DNA of 64,000 nucleotides from Azolla caroliniana (Eukaryota; Plantae; Polypodiophyta): NCBI GenBank assembly GCA_043228905.1, contig JBHGNT010000010.1, positions 1,798,001 to 1,862,000 of the forward strand, read 5' to 3'. Shown piece by piece: positions 53,501 to 64,000 of this stretch (position 1 is its first letter; each line of letters starts with the position of its first letter). The notes under the pieces were generated by a model. It saw only the letters and a program-made list of their open reading frames with translations, ran no database searches and was not told where the DNA came from. The position numbers and the translations under genes were made by a program.

Positions 53501-55981
53501 GACCTATGCACAATGAAGGTGATCGAGGAGCTTTGGGATGAGAGGTAAAGGGTATCAATTATGTACCGTGATTTTATTGAGGCCACGATAATCCACACAT
53601 AGATGCAACGATCCATCCTTTTTCTTCACAAACAAGATGGGGCCCCAGCTGGTGACTTAGACGGTTGGATGAAGCCCTTCTCCAAATTTTTATCGGGATA
53701 TGTGCGAAGAGCCTCTAGTTCTGGTTCAGAGAGACCATAAATGGGCCCAAAGGGTGGAGATGTGCCCTCATGTAGATTGATCAGACAATCATATGGTCGA
53801 TGCTCCGGTAAGTGATCTGCATTCTTCTTCTTGAACACATCACCAAAGTCACCATATTTGGATGGAAGCGAGTCCAGATTGGCTTTCATAGGAACCAAAA
53901 CTGGGGTACTCGACTTTGCATCCTTGGCCATTGAGATGGAGTGCATTGTGATTGCATTGTGATTGGGGCATGAGCATCTGAGTGCATTGGTCCAAGTTGA
54001 ATGGCAGAGTGCTCGACAGAAAACAATTCGGGCCATTCTGACACAACGACATTGGAAGCTACTCCAACCTCCATGTGAGTTTGCAGTTGAAAAGTAAGTG
54101 AGTGATTGTGCCAATCTATAATAGGGTTATTCCCTTTCAACCAAGACAACCCACGTATGATTGGATGCCGCGGTGAAGTGATGAGGTAAAATGATAAGGC
54201 CTCCTGATAGGTCCCGAGCTGCAAAATGAGGGGGACCATGGCTTTGGCGACTGCACCAGAGGAGAGCATTCGCCCATCGATAGCTTCGATTGGGATAGGC
54301 TTGGATAACTGGACAATAGGAAAGTTGTGTTTACGAATGAACGTTTCGTCCATAAAACACGTCCCCGGAATCGAGTAGCGCTAAGGATTGAATTGAAATA
54401 GACTAGAAACAGAGAGTTACCTTGAAGGAAAAGTTGTTAGTAGAACTTTGGGAGCAACATGTATGTCTGTTGTCCAACCGCATGGCTCCTATTGTAGTTG
54501 GACATCGTCGTTTTCCGAATGTTGGGATCCACTAGTTGGATTGTCCCGATAGACTTGTCGCAGATTGCTTTTGAGTGGGCAAAAACAAATTAGATGGGTA
54601 GAGGTGCCGCAATATAGACATAGCCCATTGGTTCGTCAATGGTGTTGTTCGGCAGTGGTGAGTGGGGCTCGAGCTCGATCAATTTCCATCGGCATAGGAT
54701 CATTGAACGATGTTGTTGGAGAAGATCTTGCAGACAGTTGGGGTTGTACCATAGGTTTAACATGGAGAAAGGGCGACAACTTGGAAGTCGCTCGTTCCTC
54801 TTGTCGAAGTTCAAAAAGGAGGTTGTCACAACTGACTGCTTGCTTGATGGCTTGTGATAATGAAGTCGGCCCCGGGAAGTTTAGTAGTAGATTCTTAACA
54901 TCACTTTGAAGGCCCCGACGAAAATGGTTGCAAAGGGCTTGGTCGTCCCACTGAACGTCACATGCGAATTGTTTAAATTCAGATGCATAAACAGACACTG
55001 GACGCTTACCTTGATGTAATGAATAGATTTTGGTAAGGCTTGTTCGATGACGATCCGTATCCCCAAATGTCACCTCAAACTCTTCTAGGAAAGCAAGAAA
55101 ATTGTCGAGAAGTGGTGATGATGTTTCGACCAAAGGTGCAAACCAGCTTTGTGTAGCTCCTAAGAGGAGAGTCCCAACGAGGCCAACTCAGCAAAAATCA
55201 TTCGCATATCTTTGGGGTTGTAGCTGGATAATAAGCTTGATCTGATTTATGAACCCCCGGAATTGCGCCCTTGTGCCATCGAACTTGTTGGGTAAACTAA
55301 CATTGGGTTCTATAGTTGAAGTGGGGTGAAGAGGAATTGGAGCGAGGATTGACGAGGGGCTAAGCTTTACAGATTGGAGATTCCTTGATGTAGGAGGGCA
55401 CTTGGGTTCTTCATTCTCCAATTCCATTGGAGTCCTAGCTTGGAGTTTCTGGAGAGATTCCCGAAGATTCTCATTTTAAACTTGAAGTTGATGCATGGCT
55501 GCCAATAGTTGATTTATGTTCTCGGTAGAATCTGACATGATGAGGCTTTGGAGATGGAAGGTGAACAAACTATCACGGACAAGTAGACGAGGCTCAATAC
55601 TAGGAGAGTGAGAGAGAGATCATAGACAAGATAATAAGAAAGAGAGAGAGAAAGTAGTAAAGAGAACAATAACTGAATTATGATTCCGTAACTGGTGTTG
55701 TTCACCTTGACTAAGGCCAAGGTGAACCCTGTATTTATACATGTTTATGGGCGCTAAATGTAGCCCCATGCAAAGACTCATTTTCATGCACAAGCTTCTA
55801 GAATGTTCTAGCTTCTAGGGCTTTTTGGAAGCTTCTAAAATCCTACATGTAGAATAGATAATCTACAATAATCTAGTAAGGTAACATGATTATGTATTGG
55901 ATGTATTGGTTAAAACATATAGATTAAATACAATAGGTCAAGAGTTCAAATCATGACATGACTATTGTCAAGTTCATGACA
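50552..55981 (-). mobile_element. Ty3/Gypsy chromovirus (Tcn1/Tf1-sushi-like) nested in the outer Copia; LTRs 50552-50964 and 55571-55981; TSD CTTCG
   Basis: ~412-bp LTRs, roughly 94% identical by eye, and PPT at 50965-50974. Gag (PNKFDGTRAQFRGF; CLYCG...H....C), PR ALLDSG, RT YLDD, RNase H TDASDF, integrase and chromodomain EYEVDKILD...YLVLWKGYP..EATWEP. Confidence 0.96.
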
Positions 55982-58900
55982 CTTCGGAAAAATTTACCCT
56001 TCGGACTTCAATAGGCCTTTCGGCCATCTTATGCATAACCGACTCATTGAACACTACGTCCAAACTTCAGACGATTTGCCTATGCTTGGGGTCCAGAGTC
56101 GGTATCCGATTTTGCCATCTGGTCCATAACCAAGAAAAACACATTTCCTGGATCGTGGTTTGAGTTTTTGGCGATCGTTCTTTGGGATGAGGGCATACGC
56201 CTCACACCCGAAAATCCTTCGTTTGTCGTAATTCGGCTGACTACCGGTCCATAATTCCTGAGGTATTCGAAGTCCTAGAGGCCTACTCAACGACATATTG
56301 ATTATGTGTATTGCTGTAAGTAGGGCCTCTGTCTAGAAGCCATCCGACAGTCCAAAGTGTTGGAGCATTGATACTACCCTTTCCTGAATTGTCTGATTCA
56401 TCTGCTCGGCAATTCCATTCTACTCCAGACTAGAGGGTGTCTTATATTCACGTCGTATGCCGTGTTGTCGACAAAATCTGACGAATTCTCCCCTGTTTTT
56501 GGTTCGAAAGCATTTTAGTTTTCTGTCGAACTAATTCTTAACCATAGAGAGCCAATCTGAAAAGATTGAGTACACTTAATCTTTAGTTTTGATCGGATAA
56601 GCCCACGCCTTCTGATTCAAGTCGTCAATAAAGCTGGCGAAGTACAGAGCACCGCCGAGAGACTAGTGTGGCATAGGGCAACAAACGTCCGAGTGGACCA
56701 AATTGAGTGGACTCGATTCTCTCGGTGCTGATGTCAGGTGTGATGTGGCTATCTGTTTGTCGTATTGCCAATGCTCGCAAAACTAATGATGAGAGAAGGA
56801 GAGTTTAGGGACATATCTGGCTCTGGATAAATGCATGATGCCGGCCTTACTGAGGTGTATGAATCGTCTGTGCCATAGTAATGACAGGGGAATGTCGACC
56901 AAGAAGAAGTCACCCTTTCGGAGTGTGACGTATGTGGGTACATTGAATGTACTTTCGGTCCTTGATCAAGTTGGAGGTTCCCCTTGTGGAGTGTCCACCA
57001 TCCTGATGAGAAGCCAACATGAATGTCGTCTTCATCAAGTTGTCCGATTGAGATGAATGACCTTTAGAGTTCAGGTACATGTTGGCCATTGTGTGTACCA
57101 ATGTAGAGCCACCCGAAAGGTTGAGCTCTACTTTGCCGATTCTGATGATAGCGCAATGTTGCGAGTTTCTGATTTGAACTTAGTTGGAATGTCGGGCCAA
57201 GTATTACTGAAATTGGGATCAACAAGGGGTCACATGATATGAAGCGCCCGAATCCAAGAGCCATGTGATCGATTCCTCAGTTGTAAGTAGAACTTTTGAT
57301 TCGACTGGATTCTCAATGGATAGTATGTTCGGGTTGTTTGACAGTACTTCGGCTGAAGAGCCGACATAATTGACCTCCTCATGCCGGCCACTCTTCTGAT
57401 CAACTCGTTGAGCCTTATCATGCTTGGCTTTGAGTGCACAACATTTGGCTTTGATGTGTCCGGGTTTCTTGCAATAATTGCAGATTCGATTATCTTGGGA
57501 TTTGCTTGACTTCGGTAGTTGTTAGTCTGTCGAGAGGAACTTCTTCCTTGACTATTCGATCAATCGGTTGAACCTTGTACTACATACGCATCATTGGCCG
57601 AATCTTTTGCAAACGATTTCCTCTGAACTGCTTCAATCAGAATTATGCTTGTGACCGAGGAGTACTTAACGACTGCAGTCGACGCATTGCACAAAGTTAT
57701 AACGAAAGTTTCCCACGAAGGGGGGAGATACTCATAAGCAACATTCTCTTAGTTCATCTGCGATACGTCCCTTGAGCCGCAATTTGGGAACTTAAGCTTT
57801 CGTACTCATTCAGGCGTGCCTGGACCTAGTCGGATTCTTTAATCCGAAGATTGTAAAGGTGCCGAATTAGATATATCTGTTTGGTGGTTACCTTTTTCTC
57901 GTAGGTATCCGAGAGTGTCTTCCACAGTTGGAAGGCAGTCGAACACGATTGCACCATGAAGTACACAGACTCCGATAGGTGGATCGGAATGGTGGCTCGG
58001 ACGATTTTGTCGAGCTTTTCCCATTCAAGCTGCGTGTATCCTTTTGGGCCAATTTCATTTTCAATGGGGTCGATTTGCCCCTTGACTATTAAATAGTCTT
58101 TCATCTACTCCTTCCAGAAGTCGAGTCGAACTTCCTTAGACTCATCTCTGACGAGCCGGATATTGATGCCATCTGTGTCGGCTTGATAGACTTTGTCTAG
58201 AGTCGACCACGAATAGTGGTGGAGTGTGGCCGACTGGCTCACTCGATGTCATTCTGGCCGAAATTGGACACAAGTTGAATCGGTCTCGACTCTTTGACGA
58301 ATTCTGTCCAGAGTGACTACAATCAATTGACTTAGTTGAATTGGACCCGAGTTTGCTGATTCAATTTCGAATCTCGATTTTCGGGATTTTGGAACACAGA
58401 GTATGTGCCGATTATCCAGTCCAGTCCTACTTTAGGTGACTACAACAATGAGAGGAACATATTCAACTAACCTTTCCCAATGTTGTCTAGCCGAATGAAG
58501 CACGAAAGGGGGTTGTTCCTGGAGCCCAATCGCTATGAGTGATTACGATGAGTGAGTAAATAACGTCGATTGACCTATTCGATTGTCATCTAATCCGATG
58601 TAGCACGATTGAGACAGGGCCTTCAAAAAACAAAATCTGACTCCGAGTGGCTACGATCACGGGTAAAGTACGACCAACTGGCTTACTTTAATGGTGATTT
58701 AGAACAATGGAGTGTAGGTTTTGTAGATGTTTCTCTTCACAGAAAAAATGATGATCTTGTAGGAATTGCCAGCCGAGATCTTCATGGTGTACTGAGGAAG
58801 AATTACTGATGGAGACTAAGTAGACAACGGAGGTAGAATGGAAAAATACCAAGCACTAATACTAGATGTTGAGAACGTTGTCGTCTAATGCGGAACAATG

Positions 58901-59172
58901 TTAGTACTCCTCTATTGAGAGATCATTAACAAGTACAAGTCGAGATCAGTAGGAATGCAGGAGGAAGAGAAAAAAATGTTAGGCACAAATGACCTTTATT
59001 GCTCAGGCTCAACGACTCAATCTATAGAATGAACAACAACATCAACTTAGGTTACAAAGTCAGTTTATATACTAACTGACTTAGGGCAACTCCCCTTCTT
59101 AGTATTTACAAAGATGTCCTAAACCTAGTGTGTACAAATGGGACAATGTGAATACGTCCATTAGAGACCCCT

Positions 59173-59896
59173 TGTCGTGAAGATTTTCGTTCACAAGCGG
59201 AAACTCGAGCAACGAGAGCCAAAGAGCAATGTGCAACATTGCACCCGTACATAATGTATTTGTAATAGTAATAAGGGTAAAGTGTATGGTGCTAGAAATG
59301 CCCCATAGGATCCCTAAGGTATAAAGGTGATGTGGTCTTGTGCGCACATCCACGCGAGAGAGAGAGAGAGAGAGGTACTATGCGGTACATAGGTACCTAG
59401 TTGTTTGTGTGGAGGTGGGAGTTAAGGGTCCATCAATCTCACCCTCCCCAAATCAAGGCAAATATCCCCTTTGAATGAAAGGGGATATTTTAGTCTCACT
59501 TTTGTAAACGGTCTTCCCTCCTTGTGCTATAAAAGGAGAGGGAAGGCACCATTGTGGGGGTTGCCTATTTTGAGTGTGCGAGGCATACCACATAGGTCGA
59601 GCATTAGGGTTAGGATTAGGGTTTCTTTATCTTTATCTTCATCTTCGTCGGTTAGGGTTTCGAGTAGTCGTTTGGTGCGGCCTATGCGACCACCATTTTG
59701 TAATCATTCATTTCGTTTTAATACATCTTGTTGATCATCTTGTCTCCATCTTCCTCTTGTTCGATCTAATCTCTTGTTCATTCTTCTTCTTCTTGAGCAA
59801 AGCTTCCATTCCATGTCCGATTCCTTCTCCTCTACTCCTTAGTCCAAGACCCCCGTGGTCCCACCCTTCTCCACGCACGCGCGTAGCAACACGACA
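59173..59896 (+). mobile_element. Solo LTR (724 bp) without matching TSD, same family as 47037-47830
   Basis: TGTCGTGAAG...GCAACACGACA. Shares blocks gtgcaacattgcac, gggagttaagg.tccatcaatctc, tcaaggcaaatat and tagtccaagacccccgtggtccc with the 47037 copy. Flanks are CCCT and ACGT. Confidence 0.87.
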
Positions 59897-60200
59897 ACGT
59901 CGCGGTGTCCGACACCAACATCATCATCGTGAATGCCGACACCCAGCGGTATCTGAAGTGGCGCGACGAAGGCGGGGAACGGTTCTTGGTGGAGGCGGCC
60001 ATGAATGAGGATTCTACAAGCCTGGCATTGTTCGAGTTGGCACCCGACAAAACGGTCACGCTTGTGTGTCCATGCGTGCTCAACACACGATGCCAATCGT
60101 ACGATCTCGTGTCCGTGGCATCGGACCCAACCACGGGACTCAGCCCTTACGAGGAGGACATCGTTGTCTACTTCACATTGGCTGCTCAGAATATACATGT
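59897..60200 (+). other. GC-rich orphan coding-like fragment, 5' end removed at the LTR junction
   Basis: Open frame (ORF 59905-60285, GTG start) with strong third-position GC bias to about 60180 in an AT-rich context. No confident family assignment. Confidence 0.4.
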
Positions 60201-60533
60201 GATTTGGGCTGTTATTTTGCAATGCAAAATTTGGAGATTGCCAAATAAGTGTATTCAAACTAGTGATTGGAAAGAAACTCACTGAATAAAATATAACAAG
60301 TATTACATGCAATTTATGAAAGCTTTCATGTTTCACCACAACTATGAGTGTTTCTTGTTTCTTATAAAAGCTGGGTATATGTTTGTATGTACATGTATTT
60401 ATGTATGTATATGGTATGCATGTAGTACACTTATATGTATGTGGTATGTTAATTTGTATGTGTATAAACCAGATTTTGCATGAGAGAGAGAGAGAAGAAG
60501 AAGACAATGAAGAAGAAGAAAACCTTGGATCAA

Positions 60534-61094
60534 AGGTGTTTCTTTGGCGTGCCATAGTTGGTGGGTGGCCTTTCGCAAGGGCCTTAAAATGAAGACATAT
60601 TTCGAATGTGACATGTTTTATCGTGGTGGAAGAAGATGCCAAACATAGGTTCGTTACATGTCCGGTTGCTAAAGCCGTTTGGGTGATTATATCACAAATT
60701 TGGGCATCGATAATAGAAAATATTTTATCACCTTCCTTATAAGTGGGTTATTATTGATGAGGATAAAGCTATGCCCTCATTGTCATATAAGGTTGTTTTT
60801 TACTACCTTAGATATTGCGGGATGTGGTTTAATTGGACCATGAGAAATGGTTTCTTGTTTGATGGACTTCATGGGGTGACACAACAATTCCGTAGGATGA
60901 AAAGGAAGTTGATTTGACAATTTTCACAACTATGTTGTATGGGGACATTGTCCCAAGAGGAGATGGACTTATGTCATCTAGTTTTACAACACTTCAGAGG
61001 GTTTCCCTTGCACTATTGCTATTTATGAAGTAGTGAAGATAATAAAGGTTGTATTATCATCTTGTTTTAATAACAAACATTGATTTACGGAAAA
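60534..61094 (+). mobile_element. 5'-truncated L1-type LINE with 15-bp TSD AAAACCTTGGATCAA
   Basis: TSD at 60519-60533 and 61095-61109. zf-RVT-like translation VEEDAKHRFVTCPVAKAVW and WFNWTMRNGFLFDG. AATAAA at 61041 and a short A-tail. Confidence 0.85.
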
Positions 61095-61778
61095 AAAACC
61101 TTGGATCAAGAACCTAGGAGTTGTGCTTGACCTTTGATTTGTCTACAAGGGAGGAGATGGGGGACTTTGAATCTTCCTTTTCTTAAAATTTTCTTACAAT
61201 TATTTTAAAACCTAACGTTATATGTTGGGTTTTACATTGTGGCGTTTATTGTCACTTCGAATCTAAAAAACGATGCTACAAAATTGCATGTAACTTTTAG
61301 CATCACGGTTAGCATCACCCATCTATTGTGTCATTCAATGTCGCTATCATTAGTAAAAATATGCTCGACATTAATGCCCCCTTATGCTAAAGTGTATAAA
61401 CATATAAAATATACAACGGGTCCTATGCTCACTCACTTCATTTGCTCACAAATTCACAATATATCTAATTCACATGCATAAATTTGCAAGGACACATACA
61501 CGTATAAAACAAGCAATTCAATCGAGAACAACTCCATAAGCATATTCAAACATGTTCACAATAAAAGCACATAAATAAATGTTTCCTTGTAACAACAAAT
61601 GCACACTTACAATCAACCCATACACATACATGTTACCATACGAGATGTACGAAGAGTCAAGTGTGTTGAGCGAGGGTGGAATGTTATAATGTTGTTGATG
61701 TTGCATTGTTTGGTGCATATCATGAATCACAAGAGTAAGAGTGGGCATCTGCTCAACTCAAGCTTGAACCGAGTCATC

Positions 61779-62064
61779 GTGTAATTGTGAGTGTGAGTCA
61801 ATACGTATGTGAACACATGCACACGTGTGTGCATGTGGACATATATGAAGAGGTGTGAGTGAGTGATTAGTGTGAATAGACAAGGGGGTTTTGCACCCTT
61901 GTGTATCTACCCATTTGTAACTATTTAACCCCTTATGGGGAATGAATGAATAAGGAAGATTTCTCTCTCAATCTCTCTCTCTTGCCATCTCTCTTCCTTC
62001 TCTCTTACGTTGAACCCCTTGGGAGGGGGGTGGAGCCATTCTAAGCACCACCCCCCACCCCACA
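61779..62064 (+). mobile_element. Probable old solo LTR, related to 12805-13113
   Basis: TG...CA-like ends and colinear shared blocks with the 12.8-kb copy. No clear TSD. Confidence 0.5.
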
Positions 62065-63189
62065 ATGCTTCTCAATGCACATAATGCTATCACCCCACAA
62101 TGCTTATCAATGTTTATTAATCTCATCATCACTCCACAATTCTTGTCGTCGCACCCATCATTATCATCTTCATCAACACCATTTATCATCAACCCTAACC
62201 CTAAAACCATACAACACTATTTTGGCAACCACAACGATGAACCGCCTTTGAAGATGTGCGAAAAATGACAGAAACGTGCAAATTACGTTGACGATGTTTG
62301 GGAGATGTCAATGAATGCTACACGATGAAAATGTGTGAGAAAGCACGAAATGGGAAACGTCGAGAGTGCAAGAATGACAACGAGGTATGTGTGCGTGTGT
62401 AGGAAATGATGATGTTTGTGCGAGTGTGCGGATAACGATAACGTATGTGGTCCAAAAAGCGTGGTGCAAGATGCAACATAAACACGGTCGAACGTACAAC
62501 AATACATATATGATATAAATTAATAAACAAACCACTGACCTCACATTCAACATACTTGCACTGTTGTACATGCACACAAATTTGAACATAAACACTCAAG
62601 TTCATATACAATTACAAGAAAAAGGAAAGTAAATAGATTGAAGGTTACCCATTTTCCACCATCAAAACCCACTTTCAATGGTTCAATTCCCTGGTGGTAC
62701 ACTATGTAGAACTCTAACTATCACTATGTTGAACATTCTTGTCTTCGCCAGGTCTATTGAACTACCACAATGCAAAACATTCTTTTCTAATATGAATTCC
62801 AACTTAGTAAACAAACCTTCAAGCCATATCATCACTTTACTAGCTTTACTCGACCTCTATAGTGGATAGAGTGACAATTTTTTATAAATTCAACATCCAC
62901 ATCCAATGAACAACTATAATTCCAACAGTGAATATATAACTAGTGGTGCTTTTGTTTTGCCCATGCATTTCACAGCTTCTCTCCAAGTAAAGATTACCTA
63001 TGGCCCTGGGGGCTCCACTATATATAAAGAGGTTGTATCATGTGCGTTCACGACATCTTTTATTATACCCCTTATACGTATGTTTATTATTATTTTAGAG
63101 ACCCTTTTGTAAAAACAGTTAATAAAAATACTGCTTAATGTAAATATATATTTTGACAACAACTCATTTTAAATGCCCTTACATAGAAA

Positions 63190-63468
63190 ATACATGTATG
63201 CTCAATATATGTGTATATGTATATATTATATTGTATTGCATATGTTGTATATATTTTATGTATGGGTTATGTGTATGTATTAACATGTATGTATTGTATT
63301 ACATGTGAATGTACATATGTAGTGTATTGTATTCCATGTTTATATATGCATGTATTGTACTGTATTACATGTGTTGTATATAGTTTATATATGGCATGTA
63401 TGTATGTATCTATGTGTTATATGTGCATGTAAGTGTAATGATATGTGTGTGTATATGTATGTTACATG
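63190..63468. repeat. TA/TG-rich low-complexity repeat
   Basis: Repeated tgtattgtattacatgtg and tatgtatg units. Confidence 0.75.
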
Positions 63469-64000
63469 CATAGATTGAAATATTCGCATTCGTGGGGCCT
63501 CCCCCACGAATCCCAACGAATGCGTATACGAATATTTCTTCTAATATTCGTTAACTTTTTTTTCCCCCTTTTTTTCCCCTAATTTTTTTTTTGGAAAAAA
63601 TTCAGTCGACGAGTAGCGAACAGAGACTTTCTGTTTTCTTGCCTTTCTCTCTCGCCTGCTCCCATTGAAGCTCCAATCCTCCTCTGCATCTTCCTGCGCG
63701 CAATCTCTTCTTCTTCGCAGTCTACAGAAACAACAGATTCAGGTATGCTCTTGCTTCTCCTCTGATTTTCCTGCAAGAAATATATGCTCTTTCGTGTAGT
63801 TTTGTTCTCTCACGAGAGAGAAGAGAGAGAATTTTTTGTTCTCGAATTTGGTTTTCATCGAATTTTTTGTTCTCGAATTTGTTCTAGAATTTCATTTCAT
63901 AAATCATAATTCGTTCCTTGTAGTCAGATTTTGTTTATTCTGCATTATGCAACAAAATATAGAAATGAAAAAATCCATGTGCATATGTACTATGAAGAAG

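Larger units (their letters stand above)
42046..59172 (-). mobile_element. Outer Ty1/Copia LTR retrotransposon (3' LTR 42046-42398; 5' LTR 58867-59172, truncated) hosting two nested elements
   Basis: Matching LTRs, PPT at 42399-42405 and a degenerate tRNA-iMet PBS near 58851-58866. Domains: gag (FWKE*MKDYLIVKG) near 58100, protease near 57250, integrase near 56100-56700, RT at 49600-50250 (internally deleted) and RNase H (ISWKSKLQ...SKHIDVRYHF) at 42640-42986. Confidence 0.9.

Noticed and set aside
59839-60642. 267-aa minus-strand ORF
   Set aside because: It crosses a LINE end, microsatellites and an LTR boundary, so it is a composite of unrelated sequences.
63579-63776. 65-aa charged ORF
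   Set aside because: Low complexity, with no domain or splice support inside the window.

Overview
Eukaryotic nuclear DNA from a land plant. The gene set, intron style and retrotransposon types suggest a seed-free plant such as a fern (inference, not provable from this window). The left half (1-30 kb) holds five host genes: the 3' end of an FBL17-like F-box/LRR gene (+), a complete 24-exon RRP44/DIS3 exosome nuclease gene (-) with one GC-AG and one probable U12-type intron, an IST1-like gene (-), an intronless membrane-protein gene (+) and an auxilin-like J-domain gene (-). Small mobile-element remnants lie among them. The right half (35-61 kb) is a retrotransposon island. It contains a young GC-rich Ty3/Gypsy element (tRNA-Trp PBS, 4-bp TSD, -1 frameshift signal after the protease) and a Copia element carrying a second Copia (itself holding a solo LTR) and an apparently self-priming Tcn1/Tf1-like chromovirus. 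No prokaryotic-type system (CRISPR, operons) is present. The most unusual signals are retroelement replication and recoding features, a miniature intronic LTR element and an orphan GC-rich coding fragment. All coordinates were read by eye and no database searches were run.
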